From assembly GCA_965285935.1 (NCBI GenBank), contig OZ260664.1:78120001-78184000 (forward strand): DNA of 64,000 nt. Direction: 5' to 3'. The notes under the pieces are model-generated. The model was given only the letters and a program-made list of their open reading frames with translations, ran no database searches and was not told where the DNA came from. The translations under genes were made by a program, and so were the position numbers. Shown here in pieces: positions 26,088 to 39,090 of this stretch; position 1 is the first letter of the stretch; each line of letters begins with the position of its first letter. Origin of the DNA: Ophelia neglecta. Taxonomy: Eukaryota.

Positions 26088-29000
26088 ATGGCGGAACTTA
26101 CCGGCATTCCCGTGCCTTCTATGGACTGGCAGTCAACCAATTTACCGGAGGTTTTTCGGAGGTTTAAACAGACATGTCAATACATCTTCGACGGACCATT
26201 AGCTGACAAAAACGAGGAAATAAAGGTACAGTACCTTATGTTATGGATAGGCGAAGAAGGCCGTGACATCCGCGAAACATGGAATTTAAATGCTGATGAC
26301 AAGAAAAAACTTAATATCCATTGGGAGAAAATAGAAGCATATGTCAAGCCCAAATCTAACTTTCGTGTAGCACGATTTAGACTTAGAGCTCTAAGACAAG
26401 AGGAAGGGGAGTCAGTAGACGCTTTTATGACGAAGGCACGACTTCTAGCTTCAGAATGTAACTTTACAGACACCGACGAACAGCTCCTAGAAACTCTCAT
26501 TGCTGGCATACACAATGAAGATGTTCAAAGGAAACTCATATCTAAGGATGACACATTGACACTTCACCAAGCATTGACGCTCGTGAGGACATATGAGGCT
26601 ACACAGAACCAAATGAATGACATTCAAGGGACTAAACATGTTCAAGCACTGAACAGAAATTACAGAGGCCGTCAGAAAAATAAGTACTATGTCAAACCCC
26701 CAGTACAAAAGGGCAAATGTTGGAATTGTGGAGGTGAACACCCCCGTGACTCTAAATGTCCAGCAGAGCATGACAGATGTGACTTCTGCACCAAGGTCGG
26801 ACATTGGGCTAAGGTATGTTTAATGAAACAAAATTCACAGAATACCGATAATGACAACAACCCATATAACCATAAGACACGATCCAGGACAGGTGATAAA
26901 CAAAACTACAAGTCACGACAAGGCAAAAAAGTACACACCCTTAACGATGATCAGAGTGACAATGATGATATTTCACAGGCTTCCAATGACATGGGAGAAT
27001 TCACGTTTGACACAATTGAAACTATCTACAAACAAGGCCACAATGATCAGGCATTTGCAAACATAAATATTGTGACAGATAGGGGTGTTTACAGTGTCAA
27101 GTGTAAAATCGATACCGGAGCACAATCAAACGTTATGCCACTCAGAGTATACAAACTCTTATTCCCGCAAAACATTGACAGAGGAAGACCAAACAATTTA
27201 CAATCAAGTAGCGAGAAATTGAGAGCTTATGGTGGAAACGAAATAAAACAATATGGTAAATGTCAATTACCATGTTCACACAAAAACAAGAAATTACTGC
27301 TTGATTTCTACGTAACAGAAGCTACAGGAAACACAATGCTAGGACTTCGGTCAAGCATAGACATAGGACTTGTTACACTGAACTGCGAAAGCAAAGACAG
27401 CTGTGAGCAGTGCCATGACAAAAGCCAAATACATTCAGTAGGACTTGTCTCTGATAAACCGAAACAGGAATTGATTGACAAATATCCAGACTGTTTCAAA
27501 GGGGTTGGATTGTTTCCAGGTAAATATCGAATAGAACTCAGGCCAGATGCAGAATCTGTCATTCACCCACCGAGGCGGGTACCAGAAGCTCTAAAAGACA
27601 AGCTGAAAGTCGAACTTGATAGAATGGAAAACATGGACATAATTGAAAAGGTCGACTGTCCAACCGACTGGGTCAACAATCTTGTTTACATCACAAAACC
27701 TAACGGGGACCTGCGAATTTGTCTCGATCCAAGAGAACTGAACAAATGGGTCAAACGAGAACACCATTACATGCCAACATTGGACGATATACTACCACAA
27801 TTAACAGATGCGAAAGTGTTTAGCATCATCGATGCTCGATCTGGTTACTGGAACGTCATGCTTGACAAAGATTCTAAACATCTAACAACATTCAACACCC
27901 CATACGGGAGATACTGCTTTAGGCGGCTGCCATTCGGAATAAAGTCGGCGCAGGACATTTTTCAAAAAAAGGTAGACCAGACTTATCAAGGGCTGACAGG
28001 CGTTTGTGGCATTGCCGACGACATCATCGTCCATGGACCAAACAATGAGGCCCATGATGAAAATTTACTTCGCATGATGGATAGAACCAGAGAAGTCGGA
28101 CTGGGCCTCAACCCAGAAAAGTGTGTTATCAAAACAGACCGAATCAAGTTCTTTGGAAATTACTTGTCTGCAAAAGGACTTGAACCAGACCCAGATAAAA
28201 TAGCTGCTATTACAGATATGGAGGCACCCGAGAACCTGACACAGTTACAGACATTCCTTGGGATGGCCAACTACTTAAGCAGATTCACAAACAACTTATC
28301 TGCTTTATCAGAGCCTTTACGCAAGCTAGGAAAACAGGACTCAGACTATCAATGGCATCATGAACACCAACAGGCATTCGAAAAAATGAAGGCAACCATA
28401 TCTTCATCACCTGTACTGAGATACTATGATGCACAAAAGCCAATCACTGTTCAAGTGGACGCGTCAAAACGCGGACTTGGATCTATACTACTACAGGACA
28501 AACAACCTGTGGCTTTCGCAAGTAAAGCCCTCAGTGAGGCAGAATCCAACTACTCCAATATTGAACGTGAGATGCTTGGAGTCGTCTTCGGCTTGAAAAG
28601 ATTTCACCACTATGTATATGGACGGAAGGTCACAGTTGAAACGGATCACAAACCACTGGAAAGTATTACGAAGAAAAGCATTTCTAGCGCCCCTCCACGC
28701 CTCATGCGCATGCTCCTTCAAATACAGCAGTATGACTATGACGTGAAATATGTTCCAGGCAGAGATATTCCCGTGGCCGACGCACTCTCTAGATCTCCAA
28801 CCCAGGGGGAAGAAATGCCTGATATGGATATAACAGTTCATGAACTTGTGAATGTAACTCCTAACAGATTACAACAAATAAAAGCCCTCACCCGTCGAGA
28901 CGAAACTCTACAAAAACTAATCGACACTGTCATGACAGGATGGCCCAACCTGTACAGGGATTGCCCAGTTGAAATCCAGAAATATTGGAACTACCGCGAT

Positions 29001-30176
29001 GAGATAAGCATCTATGACGGGGTATTGCTGAAGGGAGATCGGGTAATTATACCAAAGACACTACAGGAAGAAGTCCTTAAACAGATACACACGGGCCATC
29101 AGGGAATTGAGAAATGCCGACTAAGGGCAAGAGCCTCAGTGTTTTGGAGTGGAATCAACTCAGACATCGATCTCATGGTGAAAAGCTGCTCTGCTTGCCA
29201 GCACAATAAACCATCACAACAGAGGGAGCCACTCATTCACATGGATGCTCAACAGCCATGGTCAATAGTTGGATCTGACTTATTTCACTGGAACAAGAAT
29301 GACTATTTGATACTGGTCGACTACTTCAGTACATTTACTATTGTACGAAAACTTGAATCCACCAAGGCCCCACCAGTCATCAATAAGCTGAAAGCTATCA
29401 TGTCTGAGTACGGCATACCACTTACACTCGTAAGCGATAATGGGCCACAGTACAGCTGTAAGGAATTCAAGGACTTTGCAGACCAGTACGGATTCCGACA
29501 CATTACTAGCAGTCCTCACTTCCCACAAGCAAATGGTCGCACAGAAAAACATGTTGGAGACACAAAGAAAACACTACAAAAAGCCCTTGAGGACAAGCAG
29601 GACGCTGCTATGGCATTACTATGTGTCAGAACAACACCTCTGGACCACGGACTACCTTCACCAGCAGAACTGCTATTCTCCCGCAAACTACAATCCAACC
29701 TTCCAGTCGTCAATGTGAGGAAGGAAAGGGATGATATAACTCAAAGAATGCAAACCAGGCAAGCTGACTCCGAAAAACATTACAATTCAGCAGCTATAAT
29801 ACTGCCAAAACTGGAGACTGGCCAATCCGTGAGAATCCAGGACCCAGTAACAAAGAAATGGGAACCAGCTCGCGTACAACAAGAATGCTTTCAACAACCG
29901 AGATCATATATTGTTGAAGGCAAATCAGGAGCCACGTACAGGAGGAACCGGAAACAGATCAGGACCACCGGTGAAACTTTCGACCCCCAGACATGCGGTC
30001 GAAATCCGAACATCAGCGAACCAGACCATGACAATGAAACACCGGATACACCAATCAGTGACGCCCACAATTCATCAAATTCGACCGCCAGTATGATAAA
30101 GACACCCTCCAAAAATAGTGGTCATACTACTAGATCAGGACGCGCCGTCATCGCTCCTCAAAGATTAGATTTGTGA
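26088..30176 (+). CDS. Gag-Pol polyprotein (Gag with two zinc knuckles, protease, RT, RNase H, integrase)
   Basis: Single ORF, first ATG at 26088. Motifs CWNC..H..C and CDFC..GHW..C, DTGA protease, LPFG and IADD RT, DAS...TDHKPL RNase H, H..H..C..C and SDNGPQY integrase, in Gypsy domain order. Confidence 0.95.
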   Translation: MAELTGIPVPSMDWQSTNLPEVFRRFKQTCQYIFDGPLADKNEEIKVQYLMLWIGEEGRDIRETWNLNADDKKKLNIHWEKIEAYVKPKSNFRVARFRLRALRQEEGESVDAFMTKARLLASECNFTDTDEQLLETLIAGIHNEDVQRKLISKDDTLTLHQALTLVRTYEATQNQMNDIQGTKHVQALNRNYRGRQKNKYYVKPPVQKGKCWNCGGEHPRDSKCPAEHDRCDFCTKVGHWAKVCLMKQNSQNTDNDNNPYNHKTRSRTGDKQNYKSRQGKKVHTLNDDQSDNDDISQASNDMGEFTFDTIETIYKQGHNDQAFANINIVTDRGVYSVKCKIDTGAQSNVMPLRVYKLLFPQNIDRGRPNNLQSSSEKLRAYGGNEIKQYGKCQLPCSHKNKKLLLDFYVTEATGNTMLGLRSSIDIGLVTLNCESKDSCEQCHDKSQIHSVGLVSDKPKQELIDKYPDCFKGVGLFPGKYRIELRPDAESVIHPPRRVPEALKDKLKVELDRMENMDIIEKVDCPTDWVNNLVYITKPNGDLRICLDPRELNKWVKREHHYMPTLDDILPQLTDAKVFSIIDARSGYWNVMLDKDSKHLTTFNTPYGRYCFRRLPFGIKSAQDIFQKKVDQTYQGLTGVCGIADDIIVHGPNNEAHDENLLRMMDRTREVGLGLNPEKCVIKTDRIKFFGNYLSAKGLEPDPDKIAAITDMEAPENLTQLQTFLGMANYLSRFTNNLSALSEPLRKLGKQDSDYQWHHEHQQAFEKMKATISSSPVLRYYDAQKPITVQVDASKRGLGSILLQDKQPVAFASKALSEAESNYSNIEREMLGVVFGLKRFHHYVYGRKVTVETDHKPLESITKKSISSAPPRLMRMLLQIQQYDYDVKYVPGRDIPVADALSRSPTQGEEMPDMDITVHELVNVTPNRLQQIKALTRRDETLQKLIDTVMTGWPNLYRDCPVEIQKYWNYRDEISIYDGVLLKGDRVIIPKTLQEEVLKQIHTGHQGIEKCRLRARASVFWSGINSDIDLMVKSCSACQHNKPSQQREPLIHMDAQQPWSIVGSDLFHWNKNDYLILVDYFSTFTIVRKLESTKAPPVINKLKAIMSEYGIPLTLVSDNGPQYSCKEFKDFADQYGFRHITSSPHFPQANGRTEKHVGDTKKTLQKALEDKQDAAMALLCVRTTPLDHGLPSPAELLFSRKLQSNLPVVNVRKERDDITQRMQTRQADSEKHYNSAAIILPKLETGQSVRIQDPVTKKWEPARVQQECFQQPRSYIVEGKSGATYRRNRKQIRTTGETFDPQTCGRNPNISEPDHDNETPDTPISDAHNSSNSTASMIKTPSKNSGHTTRSGRAVIAPQRLDL

Positions 30177-30254
30177 ACTTTATCTTAATCACTTTATTTA
30201 GACTAAGGAACAACATATTAACATTAAATTTAACGTATAACTAAAGAGGAGAGA

Positions 30255-30483
30255 TGTTGTGATACTACTTCAGTATTATAATTACCAGGACTACTTACCT
30301 TAGTATGCCTTGATGCAGTATGTTGCATTATATACTACTTACCATCAGAACATCACCTACCTTGTAATGCGCATGCGTGCATAATAAATAACAGCTCTCG
30401 GCATCATCAAGCGTCTTCGTTACGTCTCGAATAACAATCTATAATAGCTACCACAGTGTTTAGAACCCATAAACATCACGACA
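30255..30483 (+). repeat. 3' LTR
   Basis: Follows the PPT and is followed by the TSD GATGT. Confidence 0.95.
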
Positions 30484-31558
30484 GATGTGAAGATTCCGAA
30501 TAGGAATACTTTGAATAATATATATACGAACAAACCCGGGATAATGCCTTTGGGTGATACAGATATCAAGAATACGTTTTTTTATTCCATTTTCCTTAAA
30601 GTGGCAACTCCAATTCTAACGTCACTCTCAAGAAGTCTTACAATACCTATATGTCCACGTTTTGGTATAGGCCTGCCCCAGTTATCATACATAGCCTACT
30701 CATTGTACATTTATAAAGTTGGAAGTCGGCACATATTAAACATAACTCCTGTTCCCATGATAGCTGTTTGTTGGCAGGGACTTTTTCGTGAGAGATTGAT
30801 TAGATAGTGGTGGATTTGCCTCTCTGTATAAATTAATTAATCAATAAAATAATACAGGGTAGGCCTAATATTGTAAGATCTCAATAACAACTACTGGAAT
30901 CACGTTTTGTGGCCATGAACAAACAATCATACACTTGGCACCTCAATCAGTCATTGAGTATCAGTACTCCACCTGAGCCAAGTGATTACTTCCTTTTCAC
31001 AAGCAACCATCCTATATTCATTAATGAATTTCAAAGTAAATATGTAAATCACTTAGATAACGCTCTCTTCATTGTATCCCAATGGTTGGAATGTCAAACA
31101 GTCGCATTAACTAGAGTCAACAAGTTATTCACCTGCTCAGACCCCCCTGAATTTGGGAACCTCATGCACTCCATGTTTAATATCGATATTTTAATTACCC
31201 TTTATTATAACAGTTTAGTTTAAACGTTTTTAGGTACATCATATTCGTTTATTATGTGAATCTGAGACGCGACTCCGTGCTAGCCGTATAGGCCTATACA
31301 CCTGCTCGATCATAGGAATAGAAAACTTCGAAAATGGCGTCTGATTCCCGCAAAAGGCTTGCTCAATTCCTGTAATTGCTGAAAACTATTTATCATTATC
31401 AAATGACCTGTTCAATCTCGTGAAGGTGTTTCGTAATTGATTTATAGACCTTTAATGTGCAAGCAAAATTGAATAAATATACACATAAAAAACGCCAAAA
31501 GTCCGATGTCCTTTGGAAATAAGTGAGAATTGCAGGGTATAAATTTTGATCGCCTTAC

Positions 31559-32074
31559 TGCGGTGATCATTAGCAACCCCCATCCACCCCCTACCCCCGC
31601 CCCCCCCCCCCAAGACATGGCTGGTATTTTTCCGGAAAATCGGGGAGAACTCTTGCCGGTAACGAGGCGCGGAGCCTTCCGGGTCCTGGAAAATCTCGAA
31701 ATAAGAACAACACAACCTTAGGACTAACACTAATCCTAGTCTTGCCGAGGATTTTTTGCTTCGTGCGTCTCAGAAAATACCCATGAGCTCCACTTCCGCA
31801 TAGCCTCAATACCTCCGCGCTTAATAAATAGGCTAATGATAACATGTGTTTTACAAATTCCTGAAACCAAGCCTTTTTTTTACTGAATGTCAGTCTAGGA
31901 AAACCAGCAAGAGTTTCTGGAAAAATATCGGGAAAATTCGGGTTGTTCTTTGTTCGGAAATCGGCCGAAAATCCCGGGGCAGGGGGAACCCGAAATGGAA
32001 AAAACCACGGGGTAATCCCCAAGATTCCTCCTTGTTCCTGGCTGTGGAGGTGGAGAGTTACAAATGATCCCCAC
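31559..32074. mobile_element. Degenerate non-autonomous TIR element, superfamily unassigned
   Basis: Imperfect inverted ends TGCGGTGATCATTAGCAACCCCCATCCACC and GGTGGAGGTGGAGAGTTACAAATGATCCCCACA-like; internal GGAAAATCGGG-type repeats. Confidence 0.45.
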
Positions 32075-32883
32075 ATCAAAGTTTTGATTCTGGAAAATCA
32101 GCCGTCAATAGTTATCAACGAAACATAATGTTATTTATTACAATGATTAATCGCATTTTATTTCGATCGACCCTAAACCTTTGAACGTATTATAAGTGAG
32201 GGTTATCCCCAGCAGGCAGTCGTCATCTGTCATTTTGTCTCTCATGAAGCACCGCTGCGTGCAGATGAATTAATTCATTGCTTGTTCAAGGGATGAGGGC
32301 TGCAAGTCGGTAGCTAAAGCCTATAGAGTGATTAAGTAAATCAGTGGCTAGGATTAATAACGTTAACTGCATGTACTTTCAATAACACGATTACAGGCAA
32401 TTAAACATTAACTAACTATAAAACGAGAACTCAACTGAGTGTACTCAGAAATTCATACAATGGTGTAAGGCGGACTAAGAAAAAATACTATGAGGCATAT
32501 ATTCGATGATACAAAACGCAATGATGCAATGATACAAACCCCCCGGCGACTGCAAACACGATTCGTCTCGCTATCAATGACATAGAACGCCCACTCTAAG
32601 TTTTTCTATATACGTACGTCCTGAATTTAGAATAGCCCCAGAGGTTGATTTTTCTAAAAAAAGCCATCAAGACTGTCATTGCCTTGAAAACACTCATCGA
32701 TCAATGAACTCCATTTTGTAACACTTAAGAAACGGGCCGTGTCGATCGTGTAAATTTTAACCCATGAATTCACATAAATATGTTTTGTCAAAGCCAAAAT
32801 ATGAAACATTTATTTTATAGATCACTTTCCTTAAATATTGTTATTTTAAGAATAACATATATGTAACTGCATTTACAGACTGG

Positions 32884-33065
32884 TATAGTGGTCCCTGCGA
32901 TGAAGGGACCCTCCAATGAAGGGACTCCCTCTGACCACAGGACATTTTTCAATGCCCATGTCCTATCTTTCTTATGCTAATGTCCCTCTGATAAAGGGAC
33001 ACCTGCTATGTAGGGTCACTTTTACTTGGATTTCGAGGTGTCCCTAAATCGCAGGAACCGCTGTA
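32884..33065. mobile_element. pogo/Tigger-type MITE, family 2
   Basis: TA-TAGTGGTCCCTGCGAT...ATCGCAGGAACCGCTG-TA with internal AAGGGACAC repeats. Confidence 0.65.
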
Positions 33066-34648
33066 TTTGCTACAATTAAGTGAGCAAAAACATATTATCG
33101 ATATTTGTTTTGACATAAATATTAAAAATTTAGTTTATTGAAGATATCTGTTGTTATAGGCTACAGTTTCCACCAGTCAATCACAAACTAAAATCAATTT
33201 TAAGCCGAATTTTCGAATGCGTACCCTAAAAAATATTATGAATAAGCAAATAATTATTACACGAAATTCATTGGAAATAAATAGATATGAATTGATGTCC
33301 GTCTGCATGTTTCAAGTTTGCCGTGACACCAAGTTTTGAAAATATCAAAATAAATGAAAGTGCCAAAAGGACCACAAGTCGAACACTATTGTAGGTTTAT
33401 AATTGAGACGTTTTGAGTCGGACACCTGGTTTTCTACTGAATGGGTGTGTCTAACTTAAAAAGCTATTTTTGTCCATATTGAATGGAATAAGTAACAACT
33501 TTACTTGTTACATTGTCATGGACATAGTTCTTTGCCAACGCATCTTTTGCACAATTGTGCAGGTTTTTCACCTCAACTATCCTTATCACGACGTTAATTT
33601 TGGTTACATATACCTTTATAATGAATTAATTGTTTGAGAATTATCGTACAATTTCAGGGAAGACGGACTTTTTCCCTGAAATTAATCGAGATTGCTATCT
33701 TGCAATACAAAATTAAAAGGTTAGCTAGGAATAATAGAAAAATTCAATAATAACAGTTTTGAATATAAATTAACATGACGAATATGTCTAGGGTAATACA
33801 TTGTTTTATTATGCATGCTAAAGTGCTGGTCACTCCCTGTCTGAATCCATTACGATTTATCGCTCTTCGTAACTAAGGCAATCCATAACACATAACTCGG
33901 TGTATGTGATAAAATACTGGTTAAATTTTATTGATACTGTCACATACATGCAATACAACACCTAAATTAATATAGTGTATTAAAAGCACATTCTTTTGCT
34001 TTCAAAGTATTCGAGATAGAACAAATTCATCACACGTTTTAGAGAACCAGAACGATTTATCATTTTGGTTGCATGTTTCTTGTGCCACATTTACTCAGTA
34101 GGCCCACTGAAATATTGAGTTGTCACAGATATGTTCTTATATCTTTCTTCGTGAATTTCAAACAATGTCTCGTATAATACATAATGCATATTTATTCCTA
34201 TAAATGTGTCAATAAATAACAATTTAGCTCTATATATGTCTTTAGAAATGTAATTAATTTCAACTATAACAATATAAGCGCATAATATTTTATGTAATAT
34301 TTAGCAGCAATTGGTTTGTTTTATGAACATCAAAGATTTAGTACATAGAGCCTTGCTTATACTAGTAACTAATAAGACAGGTATAAGTCTCAAATGTGAT
34401 AATTAAAGAAAGTGCTTGGACAGAGGGCTCTTCTCGTATCCTTTACATTGCCAGAGTGCTGGCACTGCCAGAACCATAAATAAATAAATTATAATGCGCC
34501 CTATTATTAATTAAAAATAAACTGCAATAAACATTATTCATTCCGGAACACTAGCTGGTTGGTTTTTGTCTCGATGCTCTTTTGTACCATTCCGGAGCAT
34601 GATCAAGACGTCACTTCCGGAGAGTAGGACAGTGGCGGAGAACCTTAC

Positions 34649-35428
34649 CTGTTGGGCTCACTTCCGTGAATGAGAAGGCCCTGGTGTAGGGAGCAGTGAC
34701 CTGCTGGAACGAACACAGGGGCTGCCTTGTCGGCCTCAAACAGATCCGAGGGGATCTCCTGGTCATTGGACAGAAGGTTACTGGGTAACTTCGCCTTCTG
34801 GTGATCTTATATTCCACAGGTATGAGTCCCTGGACATACATATTACAATTTATATAACAATGAATTTCCATCAGCAAACATAAGGCATGAACTTAACTTG
34901 AACTTTCAAAATATTACAAAAAATCAGAGATCTAGGCTATATAACTGGGGTTACATAAACCTCCGCTAAAATCGACAAAGACAAAGGATTACTGCCATCG
35001 TGTTGTCTTTACAAGTTGGCCATTTTGCAATGTCGTGCATCGGTCAATGGTACAACATGTGAGGTCGTGATGAAAACCATGTCGCGTTTCCATAGTGTTC
35101 AAACGCTACCTTTCAGCACGAAACCACGGTGACCGTTTCTCGCATAGAACTCGGCACGACATCACTGTTATACTCGCATGGACTGCTCACCGATATATGA
35201 ACTTATATAGCACTTTTTCTTATAACACTTTTCTTAATAGACAGCCAACACTTTAGAGATTTTCTTATTAAATGTTAAATGTTATCAGTCACCACTCGCA
35301 TCAATATTCTGTTTATCTGCTGACTTGAAATCCACCTATCTGGCACGACGCTCATGCAGCCATTTTCTGTGTCAGCGTTGTCCACCGCCAGCCAGGCCGA
35401 TACCACGTGTCCGTCGATACCCCTATAT
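34649..35428 (-). pseudogene. PhyH-family (phytanoyl-CoA dioxygenase-like) 2OG-Fe(II) dioxygenase pseudogene, two surviving exons
   Basis: Exon 35428-35340 encodes YRGIDGHVVSAWLAVDNADTENGCMSVVP(G). Exon 34829-34649 encodes GTHTCGI*DHQKAKLPSNLLSNDQEI...VPAGHCSLHQGLLIHGSEPN. These match the PhyH motifs W.A.D.A..ENGC...PGSH and G....H..L.HGS..N. Lesions: in-frame TAA at 34807-34809 and a donor reading AT instead of GT at 35339-35338. Confidence 0.8.
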
Positions 35429-36429
35429 CTGAAACAGAGAAAATACATTTAAGGTAAGTATAAGTGACAGGTCCCAAGACCCTGCTTTAAGTATCCCATT
35501 ACTTCATTTACTTTGGTATCACCAGTGTAAACGTTTTGGGAGTCCACTGGCTGGAAGCCCCCTCGGGCTACGTTTAAAACTCTTAACCCCAACCGCGGTC
35601 ACGAAACACTAATATTTAAAGTCTACCGGTCTGACGGTCTGCTATGGCGCCGGCGGAGGACATAGCCCGGTGCATGCCCCCCACTTTTTTTCTGACAAGG
35701 GTTGGGCCGTAAAGAAATTATTATCCTGTACGCAAAAACTGATTTTCACGATGGCAATTGCAAAAGGAAAATTCATTTGCTGAGACACAAATGAATTTTA
35801 CTGATAGTCTAACAATACCACCAGCCTGTTTCAACTAAGTCGCCTAATACATTAATTACCTATAATAAGAATTTTCTGGAGTCACCTGTTAGGTAAGTGA
35901 CTAGCCCTGCTGAGGTTTGGCCTAAGATACCCCATATTATACAACAACCGATATAACAAGTATATACATAGGTGTTGTGTCCTTTTGTTAAACCTAGCAT
36001 ATTTTTTGGACGTCCAAATCTGAAATGATAGTATCTCAAACATACATGTATTGTCTTCTTCCGGTTTTTCAAAATCGACAAGTCTTCAAGTAACCGTCAT
36101 TAATCAAATATTCAAATAAACATCAACAAAAGCTATATATAGATATAATTGAGAGTCTGTAATGAAGATAATTCATCCCACTTGACACGCGCACGAATTT
36201 GACCAGATTGTGACCCAGGCTGGAACCATAAAATAACCGATATAGCCTATACTAATCACTTGGTTCGAATTGTCAAACCATTGCTTAATTGGTAAAACTG
36301 TTTAAACTGGGCCACCTAAGGGCAAAGTGTTCCCTTCTAAACCGCCATGGATGTGTGGTGAATGTTTACAGTATAGACAGGAATTCTAGAATATTGAACA
36401 ACAGGTTATCAGTGTGGGCAGAGAATCAG

Positions 36430-38185
36430 GAGGTCTATGTTATAGTTATTTTGTGCATTTTTTGAATTCAAAAAGGCGTTTGATTGGGTAAATCGAGATG
36501 CCTTATGGCATAAATTGATAAAACTTGGTATTACTGGTAACCTGTTGCATGTAGAACAATGTATGTATTCCCATGTTAAATCGGTCGTAAGAGAATTTTT
36601 TGGAAATTGCAGTGACAGTTTTGATTGTTTACTAGGAGTAAGACAAGGCGAGTGCCTTTCTCCCCTTTTGTTTTCCATGTATATATATAATTTTGAAGCA
36701 GAACTGATGAAGTGTGTAGATGTGAACTGTATTAAGTTTGACTAGGCCCCTATATCGAATTATACATTTTATTGTATGCGGACGATGCATCACTGTTGTG
36801 TGTAACATCTGCAGGTTTGCAGAGGAGCCTTGATACTCTGTCTGACTATTGTGACAGGTGGAAGTTGGTACTTAATACGGAGAAGACAAAAGTAGTGGTG
36901 TTCAGCAAAGCTGTTAATCTGCCCAGGTGTAAATTTACCTATAGGGGAATTCATTTAGAAACGGTGAAAACTTTTTGTTATCTTGGCATCGTTTTTCAAG
37001 CAATAGTAATTGGTACATAGCTCAAAAGACGATCGCTAATCAAACAAGAAAGGCTTTATCTAAATTCTATAAGTATACGTACCGTTTTAATTTTCAGTAC
37101 AAGTACTCAGTTCATTGTTTGACAAATTTGTTGCACCGGTCCTACCTTAAGCTATGGCGCTGAGGTATGGGGCTTTCATAAATCTCCAGACATCGAAAAA
37201 GTCCATCTAGGTTTTTGTAAAAAGATACTGCGCCTAAGAAACTGTACAAAGAATGAATTTGTGTACAAAGAATCGGGCCGAGTGCCTTTGTGTATTTTAA
37301 GGTCTGTCCAAATTGTAAAGTTCTGGTTAAAACTACGGTAAAAGGATAAGGCAAGGTTAGGTAAACACGTGTATCTAATAATGAAGGAACAGGTTACTGT
37401 AAACTGGGCAAATAATGGGAAATAATTGTTATTTATCAACGGTTTTGGAAATGTATGGAAAGCACAAGGCCCCGGCGATTATAACAATTTTTACCAAAAT
37501 TTAAACAGAGATTGTAAGACACTGCTCTGCAAATTATGCACGATAATTTGGTTGTCTCAAGTAAAGGACGAATTTTCTCCCGAGATTAATAGTAATCTCT
37601 CCCTTGGCTCAATGCCGAATTAAAAGCATTGTGGACTAGCATACAGTCGGGTTGTAACTCTCTGTATAGATCCAGAACTAGGAACCATTGCCGAAGGGTT
37701 GAAACGGGTGCCTGGGGTAGGGCCCCGATTGAATATGGTTTAAGAAAGTGCATGACCTGTGATGCGATTGAAGATGAATTTCATGTTATTTGTGAATGCT
37801 CTCTGTATGTCGAACTGAGGTCAAAATACACCCCACGCTATTATATAACTAGACCTAGTATGTTAAAATTTGTAAACCTTCTTAATTATATCAATAGAAA
37901 GAAATTGAATATTCTGGCCATTTTTATCCAAACAGCCCTTGCCATACACCAACTTAATCATAATACTGAAGTGTAAGATATTGTAGGCGTATATGCTGAT
38001 GAGAGTACATGTTTATATATTTGATTCATGTTTTGAAAGCTGTCTAGTGTATTGTGAACACCTCGAGTATTTATTCATTATGTTTATGTATTTGTATTCT
38101 TTTCTCTCGATGCCATAATGTATCTGTTCTATAACTGTCCAATGTACAAGTCTATGATGACTTCATTGAATAAATAAATCAATAT
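36430..38185 (+). mobile_element. 5'-truncated, frameshifted non-LTR retrotransposon (LINE, probably CR1/L2-like)
   Basis: RT fragments KKAFDWVNRDALW, GVRQGECLSPLLF, LYADD, LNTEKTKVV and YLGI; C-terminal C..C..EDEFHV.CEC..Y..LR; several stops and frameshifts; AATAAA-type tail near 38170. Confidence 0.85.
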
Positions 38186-38894
38186 ATAGACATGTATATC
38201 ATGTTCTTTGTGAACGCACCAAACGGTTAGATTATTTTCGATGGCGCCCCCTTTCTGTTGGACTGGTACCTATTTCTTCCATGCGTTTGTCTCGTCGTCT
38301 CCATGTTACATGAAATCCAATCATTCTTAACTTCAAATAAGATTATTTTCCTGATATTAAATACAATAGTTCATTTGGTGACAATTCATTTTTTCTAACT
38401 TTTATTGTTCTTGTCTTCCCCCTTATCTTATAATGATGCCTTATAAATCATGTGACTTTTTTTCTTTTCTTTAAAAGATAGCTTCGTCCTTTAAGTATTT
38501 TATTGGCATATAAGCCTTATCAAATAAAACAAAATACGGTAGCCTAGCATGACCTGTGGGTTAATTGACATCTTAAACGTGTGTGTACGGCAATTAAAAA
38601 GTATAGCTAAACCATATTTATATACCTCATAATAACATAAATCGACCTCAAGCAGTCTTCGCCAAGTACAACATAGCACGCACGATCGAGGCCATGAGAT
38701 GAATAATACATGAAAAGCACATTCCATTCTGGGAAACCAAGTCACATGTAACATGCCACGCGGATCTGATTAGCCATGCAGCCAATGACACGCCGTCTTT
38801 GGGACGTTGTGGTTCCGGGTGCGATCCCCGAGTGATATCCGGTATCTATATCCTCGTTAGAATCCTACCTCTACGCGTGTCTGTAATAGGTCTA

Positions 38895-39090
38895 GGGCGG
38901 CTATATAAGGCACGGATACCCCAATAACTCGATCAGAATAGGTGCGAGGCGCAGAAGACAGACACAAGACAGACCAGTGTGAAGGATCTCGTGCTGTTTA
39001 CATTCGACTTATAAAACTCGACTTGATACGCCGTGTAACAGAAAAACCATAAGCATTATCGTCCCATGTACAGAGAGTACTTGGTAGGTA
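38895..39090 (+). promoter_or_regulatory. Putative TATA promoter and non-coding first exon, possibly of the dienelactone hydrolase gene
   Basis: GGGCGG followed by TATATAA at 38902-38908; Inr-like TCAGAA about 30 nt downstream; donor G|GTAGGT at 39083/39084. The hydrolase ATG is preceded by an acceptor at 42478. Confidence 0.35.

Larger units (their letters stand above)
25690..30483 (+). mobile_element. Full-length Ty3/Gypsy (Mag-like) LTR retrotransposon
   Basis: 229-bp TG...CA LTRs at 25690-25918 and 30255-30483; 5-bp TSD GATGT on both sides; PBS TGGTGTCAGA at 25919 (complementary to a tRNA-Leu 3' end); PPT AAAGAGGAGAGA at 30243-30254; intact gag-pol ORF. Confidence 0.97.
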
